64,000 nucleotides of DNA from an uncultured Bacilli bacterium (lineage in GTDB: Bacteria > Bacillota_I > Bacilli_A > RF39 > UBA660): NCBI GenBank assembly GCA_944373145.1, contig CALWAL010000001.1, positions 64,105 to 128,104 of the forward strand, in the 5' to 3' direction. How positions within the stretch are numbered: position 1 is the stretch's first letter; each line of letters begins with the position of its first letter. Position numbers and translations under genes: made by a program. Of the stretch, positions 52,004-61,573 are shown piece by piece. The notes beneath the pieces were generated by a model, which had not been told where the DNA came from, made no database searches, and saw only the letters and a program-made list of their open reading frames with translations.

Positions 52004-52831
52004 CTAAAATTTAATTAATAATCTTTGTCCTGCTTTAATTAAATTAGGATTATCTCCAATAATATCTTTATTTTCTTCATATAAATCTTTCCAATATACT
52101 TTATACTTCATCGCTATATCCCATAAAGTATCTCCTTTTTGAACTATATAATATTTATTATCATTGCTTAATATTTCATTAACCAAATCTTGTATCTCAT
52201 TATAATTATATCCTGCTTCTTCTAACCTTTTCTTTCGCATATTTCCATTATCCCATTTTCCTTGAATAACTTCCTTAGCAATTTCATTATTAGATTTTTT
52301 TAAATTATTACTTTTTTCTTCATAGATTTTCCATTCATATGAATTTTTAGATACTTTCACATCTGGATGTAAAAATAACGCTTTAGTTATATCATATTGA
52401 TTATTAATAAGCCAAGCATATGCTTTTACTTTTGGTTGATACTTTCCTTTATACCAACCAATTCCTTTAAATCTTCCTTTTCCTACTGCAATATGAATGT
52501 GACTACCAGTTACATTACCTTTTACTCCAGGTTGATAGTATATTTCACTTTGCTTTATCTTTTTATTAATGTATAAATCTGATACATCATTATCATGTAA
52601 TGTCATAATAGTCATATAATCAATTGTTCCATCAGCATATTCTACTTTATTTAAACTCTCTAACCATATGCCATTACAATTACTATATTTTCTTTTTATT
52701 TTACCAGTAAACGGAGCTTTTAAATATTTTAGTTTTGATATATCAATAGCTAAATCACCATTATGAGAAAAATTGCTATTCATATTTTGACTAATATATA
52801 AAACATCTACATTAAGTATAGCTTTCTCCAT
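52004..52831 (-). CDS. Peptidoglycan hydrolase: M23-like endopeptidase domain plus C-terminal LysM (endolysin-like).
   Basis: SHNGDLAID ... TGSHIHIA align with the M23 HxxxD ... HxH motifs (compare lysostaphin HYGVD ... HLHF). C-terminal LysM (YIVQKGDTLWDIAMKY...AGQRLLI). No signal peptide. Confidence 0.6.
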   Translation of the reverse strand: MEKAILNVDVLYISQNMNSNFSHNGDLAIDISKLKYLKAPFTGKIKRKYSNCNGIWLESLNKVEYADGTIDYMTIMTLHDNDVSDLYINKKIKQSEIYYQPGVKGNVTGSHIHIAVGKGRFKGIGWYKGKYQPKVKAYAWLINNQYDITKALFLHPDVKVSKNSYEWKIYEEKSNNLKKSNNEIAKEVIQGKWDNGNMRKKRLEEAGYNYNEIQDLVNEILSNDNKYYIVQKGDTLWDIAMKYKVYWKDLYEENKDIIGDNPNLIKAGQRLLIKF

Positions 52832-53024
52832 TTAACTTCTCCTGTATTAAATTTAAAACTGCACTTATTCCCATAGCAATCGCACCTACCATCATAGATT
52901 TAACTAGATCAAAATTAGATAAATCTGTAGTTGGTAAAACAACAATGATGCTTGCGATGAAGCCTTCTATAAATGTTTTAAGCACTTTGCCAAGTAACTT
53001 GTCGTTCAATATTTTCTTTAACAT
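52812..53024 (-). CDS. Holin-like small membrane protein (phiLC3-type topology).
   Basis: 70 aa. Basic N-terminus, two hydrophobic helices separated by a PTTDLSNF turn, polar C-terminus. Overlaps the lysin gene start. Confidence 0.5.
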   Translation of the reverse strand: MLKKILNDKLLGKVLKTFIEGFIASIIVVLPTTDLSNFDLVKSMMVGAIAMGISAVLNLIQEKLNGESYT

Positions 53025-53391
53025 CTTCTACCTCCTTTAACTCACTAGGTAATTTATATAATTCATCAACCATATTTTTAGCAAATATATCACCTTCAAA
53101 GTGTTGATAATTCCTATAAATTTCACTAATATTATCTTTCATATAATTAGGACAGTATCCTAATTCCATATATTTTTCATATATTCTAATAATTTCATTT
53201 TTTAGTAATGCTTTTAAGCCATTTTTTAAACTCATATAACCTTTTAACATATAAGCTACACTAGAACTTATAATTGTAAAAAGTATCTCTAACCAATACT
53301 TTAAAATAAACTCAATCATATATATCACCTCTTCAAGATAAAAATGGAGATATCGCTTGATATCTCCGAAATAAAACCTAAAAATTTTCAT
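52978..53391 (-). CDS. Small membrane protein of phage-lysis-cassette type (XhlA/BhlA-like?). The true start is probably the internal MIEFILKY.
   Basis: N-terminal TM (WLEILFTIISSSVAYML) followed by a charged helical tail. Sits directly upstream of the holin-like gene. Confidence 0.35.
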   Translation of the reverse strand: MKIFRFYFGDIKRYLHFYLEEVIYMIEFILKYWLEILFTIISSSVAYMLKGYMSLKNGLKALLKNEIIRIYEKYMELGYCPNYMKDNISEIYRNYQHFEGDIFAKNMVDELYKLPSELKEVEDVKENIERQVTWQSA

Positions 53392-53821
53392 CTATGATGT
53401 ATATAAAATTACTATTATATGGCCATAAAATATGCAATCGATCTCGCCCATTATTAGCAGTTTCATAATAATATAAGCATTTTTCATCTATTCGTGGAAT
53501 ATTTTTTTCTAAATTTAACTCATTCATAAATATTTCATTCAATAAAACTTTTTTTTCTTCTTCAATATACCTCCATTCAAGTTTTAGAAGTTCTTTCTTC
53601 TTATTGTCGTCAGCATATTCATAAACACTATACTTAGTATAATCAGAAAAATAAAATTTCTCCTGATAATATATTACATAGTCAGGCACCGGAATCTTAA
53701 CTTCATACTTTATTTTCATTTTTTCATAATGGCTTAGCATATGATTATTATCAACAGATACGAATAAAATACTAAGACAAATCATAACTAAAACAAATAT
53801 TAAAAAAAGAAATTTTTTCAT
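53378..53821 (-). CDS. Candidate Rhs-toxin immunity protein (membrane-anchored or secreted, 147 aa).
   Basis: Located immediately 3' of the Rhs toxin gene. N-terminal signal/TM (FLFLIFVLVMICLSILFV). Confidence 0.45.
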   Translation of the reverse strand: MKKFLFLIFVLVMICLSILFVSVDNNHMLSHYEKMKIKYEVKIPVPDYVIYYQEKFYFSDYTKYSVYEYADDNKKKELLKLEWRYIEEEKKVLLNEIFMNELNLEKNIPRIDEKCLYYYETANNGRDRLHILWPYNSNFIYIIDENF

Positions 53822-53842
53822 TGAATCACCCTTGAATAATTT

Positions 53843-56800
53843 TTACCATTCATAATTGCATTTGCTAACATCACCAATAATATAAATTGAAAAATCGGTT
53901 TCCCAATAATATGGGGTTAAAATACCCATATCTTGCCACATATACCCCAAATTATTAGCAAATCCAGAAAAAGTACTATCATCTCGCCATTCATCAAAAT
54001 CATATGTATCATATACCTTAACATCAATAAACCAAACATCTTCACACTTTTCTGATTGATAACCATATATTTCAAAATTTGCTTTTCCAACCCCGTTTTT
54101 CAAATTAGATGTTGAAGAAAAATTTTTACTTGAAACAACAGTAAATTTGCCATTTTTACTGTTTTTGATGCCCTTGCTTATTTCTTCATTTATCTCTTTA
54201 GAACTTCCTAACTCGTTGGTTAACTCAATATAAATATCAGTCGACAATTTTTTTCCTTTTCCTTTGGCTGAATGATTCAACATTTTACTAGCTAATTCAA
54301 CCTTTTCAAATTTAGATAAAAAATAATTTCCTATTTTTATTGCTAATTTAGTCAACCATCTAATTCCAAAACCATTTTTATCTATGTTATTAATATAGTC
54401 GTTGCTACAATAAGCATATAAATTTAGGCTCATTATATCTTGATTAGAGGCCATAATACCATCTGCGTTTAAAAATCTACCAAATGTAGTACTGTAATAT
54501 CTACTATTTAAATAATATAAGTTAGTTTCATTATCATAATAGTAACTCCTATATCTAAATGGATTTATAATACCTATATGATTACTATCTGTGATATCAT
54601 TACCATTACTATCTTTAATAGATAATATGTTTCCCCAACTGTCATATCGATATTTAACTATTAAATTACAATTACTATCCAATATTCCTATAATATCTTT
54701 TTGTATATTTTTAACATAATAGTACACATCATTATTATATTTAAAACCTATCAAATCGTCCATACTATTACGTATATAGTATATCACATTATTATTTCTT
54801 TTTTCAAATATAATTGATGTTCCCTCAAGATAATATTCGGTTTTTACTCCATTTACTGTTTTACCAATTCTAATACCATTACTATTATATTTGTAAGTGT
54901 TATTATTATAACTATTTAATTGTCTACCATTTATCCATGTTAATGTATTATTTCCAATTGTTAATGGATTACCTATATCATCATAGGAAATTGTTAAATC
55001 ATTAAATTTAGTTAACTGATCTTTCCAATTAGAATTATTGTACTCATATTTATCTTCTAATTTAATATCATAATTATTCATATCTAGTACTTTTCTATTT
55101 AAGATATTTCCAAATTTATCATAGGTATATTTGATAATTTCTTTATCAATATAATTATTCTCTTCAATTAATTGATTATATTTATCATATCTATACTCAT
55201 TTTCCAAAATGTTATTATGATATATATGTGTGATATTATTTAACTTATCATACTTATATTTATAAATATCATTATTATTTTTTATACTATCGATTAATAA
55301 AGATGTTCTATTACCATTTGTTAAATATGTGTATGTTGTATTAAAAACATTGCTAATATTTCTATTTATTAATCTTCCTAATGAATCATAATTATAATTA
55401 ATACTATTATTATCAAATTCAGTTTTTACAATTGCATCTTCTTTATTTAAAATATTAGTAATACTATTCTGAACGTTATCTAAACTGTGTTCTTTACCGA
55501 TTACATTATCGCAAGTATCATAAATATATTTTACTTCAAATTCATTAAATTTATATAAATTTAATTTTTGTGACAAATCATACGCATATTTATAAATATC
55601 ACTATTAGTTTCTAATTTAACTAGATTACCTTGATTATCATAACTATATTTATATGTATCATTTGATTTAATTATTGTTTTAACTCTATCGAAATTATCA
55701 TATGCATAACTAATAATATGACCATTACCATATGTAGAAGATATCAGATTACCGTTATTTTCTTCATAATGGTTTGTAACTAAAGTAATATTATCTCCAA
55801 TTTTAATTTCTTTAATGTTTAAAAATTCATCATAAACAAAATTATATTCTTTATCATCATCTTTTATTTTAGATAATACATTATTAGAATTATAGGTATA
55901 ATTTATTTTTTTATCACCTTGATTAATTTCAATAACTCTCTTTTTATCATCATAAGTGTAAGAGGTTACTTTTCCTTTAGGATTAGTTATTGAATTTAGT
56001 AATCCAGTCAGTAAATCAATATCATATGTCATTTTGTTTAAATTAGAATCTGTTACACTTTTTATAAATTTACTATCTTCAGTGTATTCAGCACTACTTT
56101 CAATAAATTCATTTTCTATAGTTTCAATGTAAAATTCAAAATTTGGATCCTGTTCTATTAACTCTGATATAAATAGAATATTATTTTCTCTTTTAATATA
56201 TCTAGGCAAATTACTTTCAACTGTATCATTTTCATCGCGATATAATTGGAAATAATAGCTTCCATTTTCTTGCTCTATTAATTTAAATAGTGAATTATTT
56301 AAATTATTTGGAGCTAATACAATCTGATTAGATGTAGCAGTAAAATAATTATCGCCTATTACATTATGATTAATTGTATAATAGCCATTTTCTAATAAGG
56401 TAAATTGCCATAAATCATGATTACACTCCTCATCATCAAAAACAATTGCTTTATTGATATTTTTTAAATAATCATTAGTTCCTTTACATCTAATACGATA
56501 TAAACCATTAGTTATTTCATTTGGAATTTTGTTAACAATTTTAGTAATAATCGGATTGCCAAAACTATCATACTTAATGGTATTATTAATTCCAGTTTCT
56601 GAGATTCCATTTAAAATACGTTCTGACTTTAAATTATCATATTCGTATTTTAAATTTTTTCCTTGCGGATCAGTCATTTTGATCAATTGATTGTTTGAAT
56701 CATATTTAAAATTACTTGTCTCATTTGATAAATTTGATATTGTTGATACGTTACCATTTCCATCATAATTATAATTGATTTCTCTAGGATCTTTAAACAT

Positions 56801-59800
56801 ACAAATATTTGTAATATACATATCGTTAAAATTTAAAGCTTGATTAAATTCTAATGTTATACCATCATAATCTAGCATAGCTACAAAAGTGTAACGATAA
56901 TATTGCCATTCTTCGCATTTAGAATTAATTTTATCTGGCATAAGTATTCCTGTACCCAAATCAGATTCTTCAATGTAATTAAATCCTACACTTACACTAT
57001 TTTGAATACTATCGTATAAATCAATACCTGTTATACCTTCATTTTTATACCAAAAAGATACTTCATAAACATCTCCTGTTTTCCCTTTAATTGGAAAGAT
57101 TTTAGAAATTGTTGAATTCTTAGTCGGTGCCATTGATATTTTAAGTGCTTTATCATCATTATCATTAATTGACACAACATTAAAACATTCACTATTATCA
57201 ATAGTTGTAATTTCAGAGTCCTCTGTTGGGCCACTAGGACTTAATTCACTATATTCACTAGCACTTAATGTCCAATCAGAATATCCTAAAGAAAAGTCGG
57301 AATTAGATAGCATATTATAATTATTTACTATCTCTCCTTCTTCTAATTGAATATCATCAATATAAAAAGTTGTGCTGTCAGGTAATATAAATCTTATTTT
57401 TAAACTAGAGATTGCTTCTTCAGGATAAAAGATAGTTATATCGTGTCGTTTAAATTCATCAGATGCTTTAATAATTTCTTCTTTTACTACACTATCATAT
57501 GATAATGATAATGTTATATTTTGATTATTTTTAATATAAGCACTGAAAGTATAATATTTACCCTTTGATACATTTACTTCTTGATAAAAATTAGAAGTTG
57601 CTTTTAAACTTTTTAAACCATTATTTACATATTCTGTAGATAATGTTAATTCATTTTCTTCTGTTATAAAATTAATTGTATTTTCTTCAAAACTTGTATT
57701 AGATAGTAAATTATTAACATACTTAATTGGCATATATGAGTCAATTACTTTATTTTTATATGGATTGCTTGAATCAACTACTTCAGTCTCCAAATATCTA
57801 TTAGCTATAGAATAAGCACCTTTTAAATTAGTACTATCAATTAGACTACTACTAGATATTAAATTACCATTATTATTAAAAGTCATTGTTTGAACTCTAT
57901 TTTTATTATCTTTAATAGTTGTTGTATTATACGAATATGTCATGTCAAATGATTGACCTAAAGTATCATTAATACTATACTCTGATACTTTTTTAATACG
58001 ATATGGTATTTGATCATAATATTCATATTTTATCTTTAATCCATTAATATCTGTAATATACTCAATTAAAGAATTAGAATTATATGTGAACATAGTTTGT
58101 CCTAATAAATTAGTAATATTAACTAATTTATTATTTTCATGATTTAACGTTACTGTTTCATCGGTACTCACTATAACAATACTATTTTCATTATAAATTA
58201 TATTAATTTCTGAATTATTAGGATCAATTACTTTAGTAATTCTATTGTTATCATCATAAATAACTTGTATTACTTTATTTTCGGTATCAGTAATAATTGA
58301 TAAGTACCCTATATCATTAATAATATTAAACGATGATATATTACCATATTTATCTATCATATTATATTTAGATTCTGCTTTAGTAATTGTTAAATTTAAA
58401 CCATCTTCATCAATATAATTACCTGTCGACTTATCATTTTCATCTAATTGTTCTTGAAAATAGTGAATAGTCCCATCGGCATCTATATATTTTAAATAAT
58501 TTATTTCCTCAGTAGTTTCGCCTTCCTCGGGTATTTGAATTAGTTGATGGTAATTAAATTTATATCCCTTACCAACTCCATAATCATTATCCAAAATAAC
58601 ATCATTAGTGTTATAAATTAAATTCAAACTTACAGTATTCTTTTCGGCGACAGTTCTTCCAATCTGAAATTGCCCTACTAAATTACCATTATAAGTATTA
58701 ATATTAGTATCTCCGATAGAATAACTTTGAGGTATATAATTCATATAACTTTCTAAGCCATTTTGATTTCGATAATGAATTATAAGTGTAGGAGCTAAAG
58801 ATTCATTAACATTAGAAAAAAACGCAGGGTATAATTCATCTTCATATTCTTCATTATGTGATTTTACCATCAATCCATAGTTAGGAGTACCTGAATACCA
58901 TTTTTTAACTAAATTCGTTATATCCATTTCAAGACTTCTTAATTCAACTATTTCATAAGTATTATCCCTAATAATCCAAGCACTTCTAGCTGAATATGAA
59001 TAGTTTTCTAATTTAGGATCATATTTATTGTTCATTATAGTCCAGTTTGCTGTATTCTCATTCCAATCTTGCGTTAGTCTATGAACATCAACTACATTCC
59101 AATCTATTTTTTCCAATGCTAGTGGCCCATCTCCATAATTATATAAGTTTAAGTATGACTTGATAATTTGACTTCCTGTTCCTATAGTTGGCAAATCAAA
59201 TTTTATTAAAGTTCTATTAATTATATCTTGATTATTAATTCGCTCAACACCAGCTTTTAATATATTTTGACTATTTTTATCTTTTCCTGTATCTCCTGGA
59301 TAAATATAAGTGTCATACACTTTACCTTCTTGAGTTGTATTTGTAATTATCGGATCTATGATAACTGGATATGAAGTAAGATTTAACCATTCTTCATCAA
59401 GTACTAAATCTAATAGATATCCTACTTCATTTTGTATCAAATTATAATGAATATTATAATTAATATTTTGATTATTATCTATCATGAACAATGGTTCAAA
59501 AGTAAATATACATTTATCGTTTTCTTTTGCATCTATTTTTTTATCATTAACTACTAAGTTTAAATTAGTTTTAATCAAGAAACTAATTTTATCAATATTA
59601 TTATTTTTTAAAATAATATTTTCTTTTACTTTAGTAGGTAATAATGAATATTCTAAATCAATGCCAGGTAAGATATCTTCATAAATTACTTTTTTATCTA
59701 AAAATTTACCTTTAACATTATTTTGATCGTTTAACTTAATTTCTAAAAAATAGTCATCTTTAATCATTTTCATAAGAAGTAGATTAGTATTTTCCATAAA

Positions 59801-59995
59801 CTGAACAATATAATCATTATTCTTATTTTTGTAATAATTGTTTTCTTTAATAAGAGTATTGTCTATTTCTTCATATTTATTACTTTTTTTAAAGTGGACT
59901 GGATTGCTATATACTTTAGCAATCATTTCTCCGTTTTCTTGTAAAAAATGTTTTTCCTTTTCTTTTCTCAAACCAACTATTTCAATTTCTTTCAT
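53843..59995 (-). CDS. Rhs/YD-repeat polymorphic toxin, 2050 aa, with no signal peptide.
   Basis: Many YD repeats (YxYDxxGN). Rhs core terminus ...NPFRYRSYYYDNETNLYYLNSRYYSTTFGRFLNADG. About 220-aa C-terminal variable domain. DNRLRE-like N-terminal region. Lectin-like internal modules. Strong RBS (TAGGAGG-N6-ATG). Confidence 0.85.
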   Translation of the reverse strand: MKEIEIVGLRKEKEKHFLQENGEMIAKVYSNPVHFKKSNKYEEIDNTLIKENNYYKNKNNDYIVQFMENTNLLLMKMIKDDYFLEIKLNDQNNVKGKFLDKKVIYEDILPGIDLEYSLLPTKVKENIILKNNNIDKISFLIKTNLNLVVNDKKIDAKENDKCIFTFEPLFMIDNNQNINYNIHYNLIQNEVGYLLDLVLDEEWLNLTSYPVIIDPIITNTTQEGKVYDTYIYPGDTGKDKNSQNILKAGVERINNQDIINRTLIKFDLPTIGTGSQIIKSYLNLYNYGDGPLALEKIDWNVVDVHRLTQDWNENTANWTIMNNKYDPKLENYSYSARSAWIIRDNTYEIVELRSLEMDITNLVKKWYSGTPNYGLMVKSHNEEYEDELYPAFFSNVNESLAPTLIIHYRNQNGLESYMNYIPQSYSIGDTNINTYNGNLVGQFQIGRTVAEKNTVSLNLIYNTNDVILDNDYGVGKGYKFNYHQLIQIPEEGETTEEINYLKYIDADGTIHYFQEQLDENDKSTGNYIDEDGLNLTITKAESKYNMIDKYGNISSFNIINDIGYLSIITDTENKVIQVIYDDNNRITKVIDPNNSEINIIYNENSIVIVSTDETVTLNHENNKLVNITNLLGQTMFTYNSNSLIEYITDINGLKIKYEYYDQIPYRIKKVSEYSINDTLGQSFDMTYSYNTTTIKDNKNRVQTMTFNNNGNLISSSSLIDSTNLKGAYSIANRYLETEVVDSSNPYKNKVIDSYMPIKYVNNLLSNTSFEENTINFITEENELTLSTEYVNNGLKSLKATSNFYQEVNVSKGKYYTFSAYIKNNQNITLSLSYDSVVKEEIIKASDEFKRHDITIFYPEEAISSLKIRFILPDSTTFYIDDIQLEEGEIVNNYNMLSNSDFSLGYSDWTLSASEYSELSPSGPTEDSEITTIDNSECFNVVSINDNDDKALKISMAPTKNSTISKIFPIKGKTGDVYEVSFWYKNEGITGIDLYDSIQNSVSVGFNYIEESDLGTGILMPDKINSKCEEWQYYRYTFVAMLDYDGITLEFNQALNFNDMYITNICMFKDPREINYNYDGNGNVSTISNLSNETSNFKYDSNNQLIKMTDPQGKNLKYEYDNLKSERILNGISETGINNTIKYDSFGNPIITKIVNKIPNEITNGLYRIRCKGTNDYLKNINKAIVFDDEECNHDLWQFTLLENGYYTINHNVIGDNYFTATSNQIVLAPNNLNNSLFKLIEQENGSYYFQLYRDENDTVESNLPRYIKRENNILFISELIEQDPNFEFYIETIENEFIESSAEYTEDSKFIKSVTDSNLNKMTYDIDLLTGLLNSITNPKGKVTSYTYDDKKRVIEINQGDKKINYTYNSNNVLSKIKDDDKEYNFVYDEFLNIKEIKIGDNITLVTNHYEENNGNLISSTYGNGHIISYAYDNFDRVKTIIKSNDTYKYSYDNQGNLVKLETNSDIYKYAYDLSQKLNLYKFNEFEVKYIYDTCDNVIGKEHSLDNVQNSITNILNKEDAIVKTEFDNNSINYNYDSLGRLINRNISNVFNTTYTYLTNGNRTSLLIDSIKNNNDIYKYKYDKLNNITHIYHNNILENEYRYDKYNQLIEENNYIDKEIIKYTYDKFGNILNRKVLDMNNYDIKLEDKYEYNNSNWKDQLTKFNDLTISYDDIGNPLTIGNNTLTWINGRQLNSYNNNTYKYNSNGIRIGKTVNGVKTEYYLEGTSIIFEKRNNNVIYYIRNSMDDLIGFKYNNDVYYYVKNIQKDIIGILDSNCNLIVKYRYDSWGNILSIKDSNGNDITDSNHIGIINPFRYRSYYYDNETNLYYLNSRYYSTTFGRFLNADGIMASNQDIMSLNLYAYCSNDYINNIDKNGFGIRWLTKLAIKIGNYFLSKFEKVELASKMLNHSAKGKGKKLSTDIYIELTNELGSSKEINEEISKGIKNSKNGKFTVVSSKNFSSTSNLKNGVGKANFEIYGYQSEKCEDVWFIDVKVYDTYDFDEWRDDSTFSGFANNLGYMWQDMGILTPYYWETDFSIYIIGDVSKCNYEW

Positions 59996-60015
59996 AGTCT
60001 ACCTCCTAGTCAATT

Positions 60016-61191
60016 CTAAGCAACTCTTTTCCATAAAAATTTATCACAGTAGCTATCTATCATTAAATCTTTAGCAAGTGTAATGTTAAACATCAAATAA
60101 TAAGATTTACCACTAGATGTTGAAGTATTATTAAATACATCTATTTGAGTCACTGTACCATTAGAGTATCCAACATTATATACAATTCCTGTATTACTAG
60201 CATCACTATAAGCTAATAATCCAAATAAACTCATACCCAAAGAAACTATTCCAAGATTTGATAAATTAAAGGAACCTAATTCACAACTATTATCGTTTAA
60301 AATTTTATTCACAGTAACTAATTGCCTAACATATAAATTATGTCCAGATCGGCATATATAGCAAGTACTACCTGATACATTAGTACCTGGAGTGAAATAT
60401 GTGGTATCACTAACTGAATTAATTGTTGATTGAAATTCTTTATCTATCAATTCCCATAATCCACCAAAATAGTTTGTTGGATTATTATTAGTATTAGAAG
60501 TATATATACTTCCAACTGGATAAGCATTTAAAATATCAAAAGTTGGATTATTATTACTAGTAATGCTATTAACAACTAAATTTCCATTTGCATCCAAACT
60601 AAACTTATTATTTTTAGATGTAATACAATCAACAGTAGCGTTATTAACTTCTAAATTTAATTTATTTTCTGTTTTAGTAAATGCATCTTTAAAATAAATA
60701 TCTTCTAATGAAAAATCGCCTTTATTTTTATATTTGTGATTTGCATAAATAGCATTGTTTAAAAAATATTTATTCATATCATTGTTTTTAGGATAAATAA
60801 CTTCGATATCAGCACCACTATAATTTGTATAAATATAGTTAGTACCTTCAAATAAACAAACTAATAGAGTATCAACTTCCTCTACTGTTTCATCTAATCT
60901 AGTGACAGTAGTTTTCATTGCAATATCATTATCTTTAACTACTAAATTCATTTTAAATACATCGCTAGACTCACTAAACTGTAAAGCATTACTTAAATTA
61001 AAAATATATTCCCTTCTATTTTCTGTAGGAGTTGTAGAATTTTGTGTATCTACATATACAATTAAATCATTTGAAGTTGGCACTACAGTTGCACTATTTC
61101 TTTTTACTTGTAATTCTAATAATGGTGCATCTAAAGAATCATTAATAACTAATTCTCCTACACCGGTTAATTTTTGATCATCTAAATTCAT
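60016..61191 (-). CDS. Phage tail-collar/tail-fiber-like protein (391 aa).
   Basis: C-terminal AYPVGSIYTSNTNNNPTNYFGGLWELI resembles the phage tail collar domain consensus (PvGtI...P.G.L.CdG). Asn/Thr-rich beta region. No signal peptide. Lies 20 nt upstream of the Rhs gene. Confidence 0.45.
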   Translation of the reverse strand: MNLDDQKLTGVGELVINDSLDAPLLELQVKRNSATVVPTSNDLIVYVDTQNSTTPTENRREYIFNLSNALQFSESSDVFKMNLVVKDNDIAMKTTVTRLDETVEEVDTLLVCLFEGTNYIYTNYSGADIEVIYPKNNDMNKYFLNNAIYANHKYKNKGDFSLEDIYFKDAFTKTENKLNLEVNNATVDCITSKNNKFSLDANGNLVVNSITSNNNPTFDILNAYPVGSIYTSNTNNNPTNYFGGLWELIDKEFQSTINSVSDTTYFTPGTNVSGSTCYICRSGHNLYVRQLVTVNKILNDNSCELGSFNLSNLGIVSLGMSLFGLLAYSDASNTGIVYNVGYSNGTVTQIDVFNNTSTSSGKSYYLMFNITLAKDLMIDSYCDKFLWKRVA

Positions 61192-61573
61192 TTGTTTTTC
61201 CCTCCTTATTAATCAAAAATTTCTTCACTTCACAATTAAGCGGTTGATAGCTAATCAACTCCATAGGGATTCCACCTTCTTGAGTTTCACAAGACTACTA
61301 GAATAGAAGTATCATTATTGCTATTGTTTGTTATCGCATTATTAATAGCTACTTAATATTTATAACCAAGTATTAATCGCAAGCGTACTTGTTAACGTGC
61401 TAGAACAATAGGAATGTACTTAATTGTGTATATTAAATTGTCAAAGAGCATATATAGAGAAGGAATCTTTTATCAATAGTCACTTTAAATGAATAATCAA
61501 AATATAAAAAAAGGTATATAGTGATAATTTTATTCCTTCACTATATACCTCACTAAAAAGCTAAAAGTATAGT

